The notes below the pieces were generated by a model. That model saw only the letters and a program-made list of their open reading frames with translations, was not told where the DNA came from and made no database searches. The translations under genes were made by a program, and so were the position numbers. This document shows positions 22,694 through 34,589 of a stretch of 64,000 bases of DNA, piece by piece. Numbering within the stretch: position 1 is the first letter of the stretch; every line of letters starts with the position of its first letter. Source of the DNA: Azolla caroliniana (lineage: Eukaryota; Plantae; Polypodiophyta); contig JBHGNT010000006.1 of NCBI GenBank assembly GCA_043228905.1, positions 7,936,001-8,000,000 of the forward strand, written 5' to 3'.

Positions 22694-24791
22694 ATGGAGG
22701 AGCAAATTAGGCTTATGTGTACGATGATGGAACGAGTGATGCGGGAACAAGGGATGATGGCAAGCATCGACAAAGCCGTCGACAATATTCTCGCACGAGT
22801 AGGAATCTTCGAAGGTATAAATTTAACAAGATTTCTGAAGATTTATAATGAAGAAATGCTTAAACGCGGTGTCGACGAAGCTACAAAAATTAATAGCTTT
22901 AGTCGAGTCGCTGCGATTGGGCTACAAGAGAGGATCCAAGAGCTCCAAAGGGAGAATCAGACATGGACAACATTCGAAAGGGCATTACTCAATGAATACA
23001 ACCTCAACGATATGTCAAGGATGACAAGGCGAGCTTTCATGGATTGGGTAGAGTCTAATAAACATTTAAGTGTTTTGGAAGTATTAAAAGAGTTTTCTGA
23101 AAGATTTGAGCAACTAAATGTTAGTGCCAGATAAAGTCATATTGTTTCTACAAGCTACTAATATTAAAGACAGGAAGGACTTGGGAATGCTTTTAGAAGA
23201 TCAGAATAGTCCAAGTGGACTTACCGAAGACTGGGAGCAGGTGAAAAGGGCTTGCGCCCATTTTTGCACAAGAAAGTTATGGTTTATGGAGTTGCCCGAC
23301 AGAAATGATGAAGAAACGGGGAACGAGTCGGGAGAAAAGAAAGTAGAAGAATCACTCTTACACGAATTAGTGAAAGGCATGAAAGACTTGTCGATCAAAG
23401 TGACGAAGCTAGAATCGGGACAAAGCTCGACTTCATCAAGGCAGGGAGGTGGAATGGTCCGAAGGTGTATGTGGTGTGATAGTATCGACCACCAGAAGAA
23501 AGATTGTCAAGAGCATAGGGATGCTCTTAATCATAATAAAATCTACTATCAAGATGGCAAGATTCACTCAACTGAGACTCGACAACCACTTCAACTCAAC
23601 TTCGGGCGAGGAGGAATGAAAAGGTTAATGGAAGATGCCGAGAGAGAAACGACTCAAGCGATACAATCCGTGGCAACCTTAGGATTGCGCGTAGAAGACT
23701 CATATGGTGGATCTGGCTTTTGGCAAGATGTGATGGATTATGCAAGAAAAGGGAAGGTTCGAGTGGATGAATTAAAAAGAGCGGGAGATGAAATACGAAA
23801 CTTCACTGGATGGAATGATCCAGTAGACGCGCTATCAGCATTCGCCCAAGTGAATGCACAAGATGTGCTAGTGGAAGAGAAGCGGAAGAGAGCTGAGGAA
23901 GCTGATCCGACAAAGAGACATGAGACACGAGAACAAAAGAGAAGGGAGATGGAAAAGGGTGCTATTGAGCCGAAGGAAGCTGATAAAGTAAAAGGAAAGA
24001 CAGGCCCATCTTTCAAGCTTGCCTCAGACATAGAAACAACGACGGATATAAAAAAGGTACTAGAAACAAGAATATTAAATAGTAAGGTAGAATTTACTTT
24101 AAGAGAAGTGTTGGGTATAGCAAAGAAAGAATTTCATGAAGTTATCATAGATATTATTAGAAGGAAGAGACAGGTGACGGAGGAAATTACGGGAGGGTGT
24201 GCAGCAACACTCCAAGATTTGTATGGTGGCACCATCAATGCTGCAAGTGTAAAAAACCAGAATGATGTTGGCGTCCATGAAGGGGATAGGAGTCACTATA
24301 CAAGGGACCATTGGGCTCGAGCAACAACGGAGGCACCTGCAAAAATTGGGGAGCAGCAAATTCCATGTATTGCTTTGATCGATCATGGATCAGAGATTAA
24401 CATGATGTCATCGGAATTTTACGCTCGAGGACGATGGCCGATTGACAAGAATCATGGGTGGAAAATAAGAGCTGCCACAGAAACTACGGAGGATCTATTC
24501 GGAGCATGTCCTAGTGTGAAGGTAACAATTGGTGATGTCTCGGTGAATCAAAATTTCTTTGTGCAGGATCGATCAACCTACAGCGTCATCCTTGGCCAGC
24601 CCTACATCACCGCAGTGAGGATGGAAACAAAGGTTATTGATGATGGTTCGGCTTTCGCGAGAATCAAGAGTCAAGATGGAAGAAAGACTGTCCAATTCTT
24701 AACCGTGAGGCCCAACCATGAAAGAAACAAAGAATGCTTGAGGGAACATCCAATTCAAGAGATGGATGAAGAGTTTTCCCAGGATTTTTAG
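22694..24791 (+). pseudogene. gag: G2 gag-protease ORF (one frameshift near 23120)
   Basis: ORFs 22694-23134 and 23118-24791; CMWCDSIDHQKKDC knuckle; protease-like ALIDHGSEINMMS..VILGQPY; ends QDF*. Confidence 0.88.
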
Positions 24792-27700
24792 ATAGGGCTT
24801 TTACAGGTAGGGGCTGTGATAGCCCGAGCATAAAAGAAAACCCCATAAATAATAATGTAAATAAAGATATTCCTTGTACAATCTCATCTAATGGTGCTAC
24901 TTTTATACTAAAAGTAAATAATAATAAAATACAAAATGCTTTCGAGTACTTTAAGTGTTCTGGATTAATAGATGATGATGAAGAAATTCAGGATATGTTT
25001 GAAGAATTAAGTTTTGAAGATACAATAACTCATTTGGAAGCAATGGAAGAAGACAACGAAATCCAAGTTCCTGTCCATTCAATCAAGATGTATGAGGTCA
25101 TTGAAGAAGTTGCTCGAAAGGATCATGAAGCACATGTACTAACAAAGTACAAGACAGTGGAGAAGAAGGTTCGTCCTATTGCTGCTCCACTTCCAGGGGA
25201 TAGTGAAAAGGCAATCAAAGAAGCAGCCACAGAGCCAATGATCAGAGACCCACGAAAGGTAGGACATGTGTTTACTCCGGAAACAATACCAGGGATGAAA
25301 ATAGGAGGGGGTGACTTCCTATTACCCGCTGAAGAAAAGCAGTTCAGGGAGATGTTAAAAAGGCATGGAAAGGCGTTTGCATTCCAACCGGAGGAAATAG
25401 GGTGTGTGGATCCAGAAATTGTGGAGCCCATGGTTATATTCACTATCCCTCATATTCCATGGAACTTTAAGCCAATACCCATGCCTAGGGCTAGAATCCC
25501 TCAACTATTAGAACTTTTGAAAGAAAAGATAAGGATGGGTATCTTGGAACCATCGAACGCTCCTTACTCGAGTCGATGGTTCACTGTGTTAAAGAAAGAT
25601 GGGCGACTCCGATTTATCCAAGATATGCAACCCGTGAATAAGGTAACAATCCGAAACTCGGGAGTAGGGCCAATTGTGGATGAGTTTGCTGAGATGTTTG
25701 CAGGAAGAGCTATATATTCAATGGGAGACCTTTATTCCGGGTATGATCAATTTCAACTTGCTATCAAAAGTCGAGATATAACTTCTATCAAGACACCTAT
25801 AGGGTTAGTACGGATGTGCACCTTGCCGCAAGGAGCGACCAACTCAGTGGCGCATATGATGAATGGAATGAACAAGGTACTTCGTGATTTTATTCCTCAT
25901 ATTACAATGCCTTTTCTAGATGATGTTCCAATTAAGGGATGCAAGGAGGAAGAGAAGAACGAGGAATTGGACGAAAGTGGTTGCCGTCAATTCGTTGCTG
26001 ATCATATCAAGGATTGTGAGAAGGTGCTATCAAGGATGGAAGAAGTGCATTTGACCTTATCAGGGGCGAAGTCAATATTTGGGACAAAAGAGATATTAAT
26101 AGTTGGTCATATGTGTGGCCCGTATGGGAGAAAGCCATCCCCAACCAAGGTCAATGCAATTCAAAATATGCAAGAGGAATGTACATCCATCTCAAAAGTA
26201 CGAAGGTTTCTGGGGGTATGTGTTTTTTACTGTAAATGGATTCCGCATTATGCCCATTTATCTGAACCTTTATATAGACTCCTAAGAAAAGGAGAGACAT
26301 TTGAATGGAGTGAAGAGCATTCAGAGGCAATGAAGAAATTGAAGTACTACTTGGCACAAGCTCCACCATTAAAGCAACCAGACTACACCCGGCCCATATA
26401 TCTCACAGTAGACTCTAGTCCCATTGGAATTGGATGGGTGATAAGCCAACAAGATAGGGAAGAAAGGTATCCAGTCCGATTCGGGGCAAAGGTTCTTAGT
26501 GGTCGACAAAGAAAATATGCACAGGTGAAAAGAGAGCTATGGGGGATAGTAACAGCTGTAAAGACAGACAGAGATTACTTAATTGGTGCTGAAGTAATAA
26601 TAGAAACAGATTGTTTGCCTATTCTAGGTATCATAGCTAATTGTGATATTCCAGATCAAGCCATGTTAAGATGGTGTATCTATATTAGATCAATCAACCC
26701 TGAAGTTCGACATATCTCTGGGAATAGAAATGCAGTAGCAGATATGTTATCAAGAGCAAGGTATGAGGAAGAGGAGATTCCAGACTCAGACGATGAGGAC
26801 AAAGAACAAACAGTCCTTACCACAAGCATTACTCGGGAAGGAGGAATGCAGTTTCTAGAAGAGGAGTATGAAGAAGAATTCAAGGAAATAGGGAAATACC
26901 TACAAACCCCTGACAAGTACAAAGGTCGATCTGGAAAAGAGTTCGCACAGTTTCGCAAGAAAGCCCATAAGTTCTTCCTGCATGAAGGATATCTATGGCG
27001 ACATCCGAAAACCAAGACTGGAAACCCGCAAAGAGTAATAGGTTCTGAAGGGCAAAGAAAGGAGATAATCAAAGAGCTGCATGACAAAGAATGGGCTGGT
27101 CATCGAGGAGTGTGGGCCACTTTCAGTAAGATTAAAGAACGATTTTGGTGGCCTCGATACTATGAGCAAATAAAAAAGTATGTGGAAACTTGTCCCACTT
27201 GTCAATATTATTCAAATGTAAAATTTTGTGATGAATTACACCCAACATACTCACCGGGGGTGCATTACAAGTGGATGATAGATTTGGTAACAATGCCACT
27301 TGGAGTAGGACAAAAGAGATACTTGGTTCTTGCTAGAGAAGATCTAACAAATCAAGTGGAAGGTCGTTCATTGAGAACAAAAGGGACATTAGGAGTATGT
27401 CAATTCATCTTGGAGGACATTGTTTGTAGATATGGATGTATCGGGAAGATAGTGGCAGATAGGGGAGAACTCAATTCTGCGGAAGCTCAAGATTTTTTCG
27501 ACAAAATAGGAATTCGGCTTTCTTTGACAACGGCGTACAATCCAGAAGCTAATGGAAAGGTAGAAAGGGGACATGGGCCAATAGTCAAAGCTTTGGCAAA
27601 GGCATGTAGAGGACGGGTTAGTGATTGGCCAAAAACCTTACCCTATGCACTATGGGCTGATAGGACAACTCACATCACTGTTACTGGATATATGCCTGCA

Positions 27701-28246
27701 GAATTAATCACAGGACAGAAGCCAATAATGCCAATTGAAGAAAAGATAACTACATGGGCTGTGTTGCCTTGGGAATCAGAAATGAGTAGGGAAGATTTAC
27801 TTGCGGTTCGAATACGACAACTTCAATCAAGGATAGAAGACATAGAAAAAGCAGCTACTAGATTGAAAGAGGCAAGAATCAAGAATAAGGACAGATTTGA
27901 CAAGATGAAAAGAATACGACCAAGAAAGGTGCAAGAGGGAGATTGGGTATTAGTATATGATAATAGCCTAGATAATCAATACAGTACTATTCGGAAGTTT
28001 GCAAAAAGATGGTTTGGACCTTATGAAGTTAGGAAAATAACAGATAAAGCCACATATTTCCTCAATGAATTAGATGGGACAGAAATTCGTATCCCAATTG
28101 CAGGAAAAAGGATTAAAATATTTAAAAGGAGGGAGTCATTAGAGCCTGAATTTTATGAAGAAGTAGAAGAACTAAAAGAATCGGAAGAAGTGTTGGATGA
28201 ACTCTGCACAACCAATGTGCAAGTTCAGAGGGGGTGGGTGTCGTGA
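24782..28246 (+). CDS. pol: G2 pol (RT-RNaseH-integrase), in the -1 frame relative to gag-PR
   Basis: Frame is open from GGA TTT TTA at 24782 through ATG 24995 to 28246; motifs DLYSGYDQF, PFLDDVPIKG, VDSSPIGIG, AVADMLSRA, H..GH..CPTC, YNPEANGKVE, WFGPY. Confidence 0.92.
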   Translation, partial: GFLDRAFTGRGCDSPSIKENPINNNVNKDIPCTISSNGATFILKVNNNKIQNAFEYFKCSGLIDDDEEIQDMFEELSFEDTITHLEAMEEDNEIQVPVHSIKMYEVIEEVARKDHEAHVLTKYKTVEKKVRPIAAPLPGDSEKAIKEAATEPMIRDPRKVGHVFTPETIPGMKIGGGDFLLPAEEKQFREMLKRHGKAFAFQPEEIGCVDPEIVEPMVIFTIPHIPWNFKPIPMPRARIPQLLELLKEKIRMGILEPSNAPYSSRWFTVLKKDGRLRFIQDMQPVNKVTIRNSGVGPIVDEFAEMFAGRAIYSMGDLYSGYDQFQLAIKSRDITSIKTPIGLVRMCTLPQGATNSVAHMMNGMNKVLRDFIPHITMPFLDDVPIKGCKEEEKNEELDESGCRQFVADHIKDCEKVLSRMEEVHLTLSGAKSIFGTKEILIVGHMCGPYGRKPSPTKVNAIQNMQEECTSISKVRRFLGVCVFYCKWIPHYAHLSEPLYRLLRKGETFEWSEEHSEAMKKLKYYLAQAPPLKQPDYTRPIYLTVDSSPIGIGWVISQQDREERYPVRFGAKVLSGRQRKYAQVKRELWGIVTAVKTDRDYLIGAEVIIETDCLPILGIIANCDIPDQAMLRWCIYIRSINPEVRHISGNRNAVADMLSRARYEEEEIPDSDDEDKEQTVLTTSITREGGMQFLEEEYEEEFKEIGKYLQTPDKYKGRSGKEFAQFRKKAHKFFLHEGYLWRHPKTKTGNPQRVIGSEGQRKEIIKELHDKEWAGHRGVWATFSKIKERFWWPRYYEQIKKYVETCPTCQYYSNVKFCDELHPTYSPGVHYKWMIDLVTMPLGVGQKRYLVLAREDLTNQVEGRSLRTKGTLGVCQFILEDIVCRYGCIGKIVADRGELNSAEAQDFFDKIGIRLSLTTAYNPEANGKVERGHGPIVKALAKACRGRVSDWPKTLPYALWADRTTHITVTGYMPAELITGQKPIMPIEEKITTWAVLPWESEMSREDLLAVRIRQLQSRIEDIEKAATRLKEARIKNKDRFDKMKRIRPRKVQEGDWVLVYDNSLDNQYSTIRKFAKRWFGPYEVRKITDKATYFLNELDGTEIRIPIAGKRIKIFKRRESLEPEFYEEVEELKESEEVLDELCTTNVQVQRGWVS

Positions 28247-29115
28247 AGAATGTGCTTCACGATATAAAAATGAGCTTAAATGTTGTATTTAATAATATTT
28301 GAGAGACTTGAACCCACATCCTTATATACGATGTACAATGTACATACCACTAGGCTAGGCTATTTATTTGTAAAAGTGTGTAATAAATGTGCTTCATGAT
28401 ATAAGAATGAAGCTATATATTGTATTAAGTAAAATTGAGGGACTTGAACCCTCAACCTTGTATATCAAGCACAAACCATACACCACTAAGCTAGGTTATT
28501 TGTTTTAGGGTTATATCCATCATTATACTTATCCCAATACATGGGAGCTCAAATGAGCATGATGGCTATCATGCATCACATGCAATGCATGTGCGCCAAA
28601 TGGCGATCATGCATCAGATGTAACTCATGCATTACATGCATGACATTACCATATGCATGGAAATACTTATAAAAAGAGAGGAAAGGAAAACAAAAGGGAA
28701 TCAAGGAATCAAGAGAGAGTGAAAAAATAATACAATCAATTGAAGAAGACTAGCTCATTGGGTGGAGAACCTCTCGTTTCGAAGTTGAGGTCGTGAGTTC
28801 GAATCAAGGGTCGGTAGAGAAAGGGTTCATCTTGCTACCAAACATTGTAAAGTTGGTAAAATCTTGTATTCGTAATACATATCATATACTTTTTTTGTCT
28901 TAAATCATACTTTGTCTCTATCTTGTGTCTTGAATCATACATTGCCTCTATCTTTTATCTATACTAGTCTCTCTCTCACACATATTACTTTAAACTATTA
29001 TTCTTCATATCCTTTATCTTCCTAACATTTGCGCGCAAGCCTTATAAAAGTTCCTTCAACTCCCCTTAACCTTAGTCCCTGCGACTTCGCCGCACGAACC
29101 ACAACTACCCCGACA

Positions 29116-30058
29116 CCGTATTATCGCTAGACCCCTTCCAAAAGTGGGGATTGGATTTCGTGGGCCCCTTCACACCAGTGGCAGCCTGTACGGGCAATAA
29201 ATACATATTGGTAGCTACGGATTATTGCACCAAGTGGGTAGAAGCAAAGGCACTACGAGAAAATACGGCGGCCGTCACAACCAAGTTCCTGTACGAACAC
29301 ATCTGTAGCCGGTTCGGCTGTCCGATTGAGCTCATCAGTGACCAGGGGGAGTCACTTTCTCAATACGATGGTTCGGGAACAAACACATCATTACACCGTA
29401 GTCCATAAAAAGAGTACGCCATATTATCCACAGGCGAATGGGTTAGCGGAATCCACCAACAAGACGTTGCAGACCATCTTGAAGAAAATCGTCAATGAAA
29501 ATAGAACAGACTGGGATACCAAATTATAGAGTGTGTTCTGGGCGTACAGAACCAACTACAAAACAAGCATACAGTCAACACAGTTTCGACTAGCGTTTGC
29601 TGGAGGCTGTGATGCCGGTCGAATTTCAGGTACCCAGTTTGCAAATTCAGGTACAGGACCGACTATCGGAAGCTAGATCGGAGGAGGTACGACACCACCA
29701 ACTACTCAAACTCGGGGAAAAACGCGTACACAACATGGTTGTGTTGGATCAGGAACAGCGACGGCGTAAAGCGTTTGTGGATCGACATCGGAACGCAAGG
29801 GAAAAGGAGTTCGCCGTCGGTCGGGTGGTGCTGGTTTTCCAAACCCGCATGGGCCATATGCCAGGGAAGTTACGCTTCCGCTGGACTGGCCCATACTGGA
29901 TAATTGGAGCGGAACAAGGCACATTCCAACTAGGTACGCTGGCCGGGGAAGTAGTACGGGAAAAGGTGAATGGGTTTCGCCTTAAACCTTACCTGGGCTC
30001 TACGCCACCTAACCCATTCACCGCCAAACAGGACAAAGCCGGAGAACCTACAGCGTAA
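29116..30058 (+). pseudogene. G1 integrase core and C-terminus
   Basis: WGLDFVGP, LISDQG, STPYYPQANGLAE, RWTGPY, VNGFRLKPY; frameshifted. Confidence 0.92.
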
Positions 30059-30409
30059 ATGGGCGGCCCCACTTGTACCATAATGTAAAAATAGGTTGTA
30101 TATAACCGTTACGAAAAAGAAAAAAAAAAAAAGAAAAAAAGAAAGAAAGAAGAGAAGACAACGACTATTAAAAGGACTAAATGCATGCACAGACTCCTAG
30201 TTCAAGAACACGCGGCACCACGATGGCTCGCCGCCCAATGAACCCTAATCCAGAAAAAGAAGGAAATAGAAGATCTTCTACATAAAACAGAAACCCACCT
30301 TCTAACTATTAGCGCTCCCATCGCTCCTCCCCCTCACCTTCTTGTTAACTCTTAGGGCCGGACAATGGCCTAACACAGGGTGTCTACGGAAGACACTTCA
30401 CCAAAGGGG

Positions 30410-30505
30410 TGTTACGGCAACAGGATTAGACTCAACGATTAATCCGACTTAATTAGGTTACTTAACATGATCGTCTTTAATAATCACACGCATAAGATAT
30501 AACAC
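30410..30505 (+). mobile_element. G1 3' LTR, left piece
   Basis: PPT AAAGGGG (30403-30409) followed by TGTTACGG; abuts truncated G3 integrase at about 30505. Confidence 0.65.
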
Positions 30506-33500
30506 CCCGGCTCCCCGTCGTGCCGTTTCTTGAACGCTTTGATCCTCTTCCCCGCTACCGGTATTGCCATTCTCGTACCGTCGAGCTCCGCGAGATGGTA
30601 CGTCCCATTGTCGTTGGCGCCTGTTACTACGTAAGGCCCGAACCACTTCCTCGCAAACTTCCGCGTGGCCCTGTGCTGATTGTCGAGGCTGCTGTCGTAG
30701 ACTAGCACCCAGTCGCCTTCCTCGATCTTCCTTGGCCTGGACCGGTGTGTTCGGTCGAACCGGCCTTTGTTCCTTATCCTTGCTACCCGAAGTTTCTCCG
30801 CGACTCGTTCTACGTCCTCCGGCCTCCGCTCAAGCTGTCGAATCCGCGCCGCCAATAGTTCCTCTTGGCTCATCTCATCCCTCTAGTCCACCGTGGCCCA
30901 CGAGGAGATCGTTCGCTCTGTTGGCATGATCGGCTTCTGTCCGAACATCAGCTTGGCCAGCATGAACCCGGTTACCGAACTGTGCATAGTCCGGTCCGCC
31001 CACAAGGCATAAGGTAGCAGCCGTGGCTAGTCCCCGACTCGGCCTCCGCACGCCCGTACTAGCGCTTTGACAATTGGCCCGTGTCCACGCTCCACCTTCC
31101 CGTTCGCCTCCGGATTGTACGCTGTGGTGAGCGAAAGTTTGACTCCTAGCCGGTCGAACATCTCTTCGGCTTCTTCTCCATCCAACTCGCCACGGTTAGC
31201 CATGATCTTCCCTACGCACCCGTATCGGCATACTACGTCCTCAATCAAAAACCGGCATACGGCTGCCGTCGTCTTGTTCTGCAGGGCTCGGCCTTCAACC
31301 TGGTTCGTTAGATCTTCCCGAGCCAGCACCAGATACCGCATCTGTCCTACCCCCATTGGCATCGTCACCAAATCCACCATCCACTTGAAGTGGACGGTCG
31401 GAGGGTAGGTTGGGTGAGGCTCGTCCCGGTGTCGGATCATGGAGTGCATCTGGCAGCTTTCGCAAGTCGTCACGAACCGATGCACGTCCCGGTATAGTCC
31501 CGACCACCAGTACTTTCCCTTTAGCTTTTCGAACGTGGCCCACATTCCACGGTGTCCAGCCCACGGGCTATCGTGGTACGCCGCCAGCAAACCCTCCTGT
31601 TCCTCCTTCTTCGCCACCACTCGGAGCGGGATGACGTTCCTCTTCTTCGGGTGTTTCCAGATGTAGCCGTCCCGGAGAAAGAATCGGTAGGCTTTCTTCC
31701 GAATCCGGTTGGCCTCGTCCGTTGTCCATGCCGCGCCCGGTGTCATTGTTTTCAGGAACCCGCCGATTTGCAGCCACTCCACATCGTACTTGCTCTCGTC
31801 GAAGTCGTTAAGCGTCGGAGAGCATTCCCCTTTGGTTGTCACGTAAGCCGCCTCGAAGAAGTCCACGCCGACTTCCTCCTCCTCTGAAACCATGTCGCCG
31901 TCGTTTTCGAACCTCGCCCTTGAAAGCATGTCGGCCATGGCGTTGTCTTTCCCGGAAATGTGTCGTATTTCCGGATTCAGGGACTTGATGTACGCTATCC
32001 ACCTGAGCATTGCCAGGTCCGGCGTCGCGCATTCGGAAACCATGCCAAGAATTGGCAGGCAGTTCGTCTCGATAATTACCTCTGCCCCGATCAGGTAGTC
32101 TTTATCGGCTTTTACCGCCGAAACGATACCCCAGAGCTCGCGTTTAACCTGGGCGTATCCTCGTTGTCGCTCGCTGAGGACCTTCGCGCCGAACCGGATC
32201 GAGAAACGCGTGCCGTCCTCGTCCTCCTGCTTGACGACCCATCCAATCCCGGTCGGACTCGTGTCTACCATTACGTAAATTAGAGTGTTCTTTCCGTAGA
32301 CAGCCTTTCGGAGCGCAGGAGCCACAGCAAGTGCTTCCTTCATCTTCCGGACAGACTCCGTATGCTCGTCTTTCCACTCGAATCTTCGCCCCTTTTTCAG
32401 CAACCCATATAATGGATCCGCGACATGAGCGTAATGCGGGATCCATATGTGGTAGAACGCACACACTCCTAAGAACCTCCGAACCTCCGTGACCGAGCTA
32501 CAATCGTCCTTCATCGCGGAGATGGCTTCTACCTTAGCCGGAGACGGTTTCCGGCCGTACGACCCGCATAGGTGTCCGACGACCATGATCTCTGCTTGCC
32601 CGAAGGCCGATTTTCCCCCGGAGAAGGTGAGCCTCGCGCCCTCCAACCTCTGTAGCACCTTCTCGCAGTCATCGATGTGCGTCGCCACGAATTTCCGGCA
32701 CTCGTCCGGTCCGATCGTTTCGTCCCTTTCCTCCACCGGGCATCCCTTGATCGGGACGTCGTCCAGAAACGGCATGGTGATGTCCGGGATACAATCCCTC
32801 AACACCTTGTTCATTGTGTTCACCATGTGAGCCACCGAGTTCGTCCCTCCTTGCGGTAGGGTACACATCCGTACAAGGCCGAGAGGAGTTCGCATTGTCG
32901 TGATGTCTCTGCTTTCTATGGCTAGCTGGAACTGATTGTACCCTGAGTAGAGATCACCGACCGAGTAAATCGAACTTCCGGCGAAGGCCTCTGCGAACTC
33001 GTCTATTGTTGGTCCGATCCCTGCGTTTCGAATGGTCACCTTGTTGACCGGCTACAGGTCTTGAATAAAGCGCAACGTGTCGTCCTTCTTCGGCACGGTA
33101 AACCACCGATTCGAGTATGGGGCACTCGATGGTTCGAGGATTCCCATTTCGACCTTCTACTTTAACAGCTCCACCAGTTTCGGGATGTGAACTCTGGGTA
33201 CTGGAATCGGTTTGAGACTCCACGGCACATGCGGTACCGTGAATATCACCATCGGTTCCACGACTGTCGGGTCTACGCACCCGATCTCCTCCGGTGAGAA
33301 TGCGAAAGCCTTCCCGTGCCTTCCGAGCATTCCCCGAAAATGGTCCTCTTCCGCCAGCAGTAGGAAGCCGCCCCCACCGATTTTGAGCTCGCGTAGCGTT
33401 ATATCGGTGAATGTGTGTCCTATGCGGGCCGGATTTCGTAAACTCGGGTCCGACGCAACCCCCTTTATTCGCAACTCGCTGCCCTCCGGCAAGGGAGCCG

Positions 33501-34263
33501 TGACTGGCCTCACCTTCCGGTCCACAGTCTTGTACCTTGTGTCCACCCGGGCCGTCCGACCCGACTCGAGCCCTCTACTGAAGTCCGCGATGACTTCGTA
33601 CATCCTTTCCGAACATACCGGAATCGTCCGGTCCTCTTTAAGGACCCCTCCGACTACCTCTCGCAGCTCCCCCAAGGTATCGTCGAAAGAGACCGCCTCC
33701 ACGGCTCCGATGATTTCCTCTCCAAGGCCGAGGATGCCACATGCCCGAAGTCGCTCCTCCGCCCTTCTCTTCTTCCGTCCAACAACGTCAACTATCGCAC
33801 ACCCTCCCTTGTCGGAGAACCAAAATTTCCTATTGATAGTATAGGGTTTCTTCGCGATCTTGCACTTGTGGGGTTCTCCGGGAGTGTCCGGACTATCGCG
33901 GCCCCACGCCTTGTGTTGGGATTTCGGTCCCTCCGGATGGGATGTCCGGAGATAAATGACGGCAAGCCCGGTTGCGGTTACGGAACCGGAGGATGAAGAG
34001 TACCCGGCATGAAGCCGGATGAAGAGTACCCGGTTCCGGATCCAGATGATGAAGACCCGGTTCCGGAGCCGGATGATCAATGTACCCGGAGAGAGATTCG
34101 GATGCGGGGACATATTTGTGAATATGTTTGCCAAGGGCCCTTGAGGCTATATTTGTAAATAGCGCGAAAGTCATATGTGTATAAATATGACTTAGGGCAA
34201 ACAGTTTTGTGTCTGTTACTCATTTTTCTGGTTTTCCACTTAGAGGGAGCTAAGTGAGCAGCC

Positions 34264-34294
<31 letters not shown>

Positions 34295-34589
34295 GAAGAG
34301 GTTGTTGCCTCTGTGTATTACCGCCGCCTGTGGCGAAGACAGTGAGCTCAAGGTTGTTGCCTTGTAGCTTCACCATTGTACATCTCTGTTTATAGTGATA
34401 GTTGGAGTTTGAGGACTCCCGTGGTTTTTCCCATTTAGGGTTTTCCACGTAAAACATTCTGTGTACTCTTCTCTCTATTGTCTTCGTGCAATTTGTATTT
34501 CCTGTTTTCTGTGAAGTGGATCCTATTCCTCGGTTGTGGCCGAGCACTATGTTTAACAAAGTGGTATCAGAGCGACGGTAGCACAGAAA

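Larger units (their letters stand above)
21778..29115 (+). mobile_element. Young Ty3/gypsy element G2 (tRNA-Trp primed), inserted in G1 integrase
   Basis: 877-bp LTRs 21778-22654 and 28239-29115 (only one mismatch spotted by eye); 4-bp TSD CCGT; PBS TGGTGAACCCGACGTGA at 22659-22675; PPT AGAGGGGGTGGG before 28239. The host frame HQPV-LSLDPFQKWGLDFVGP is restored on removal. Confidence 0.97.
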
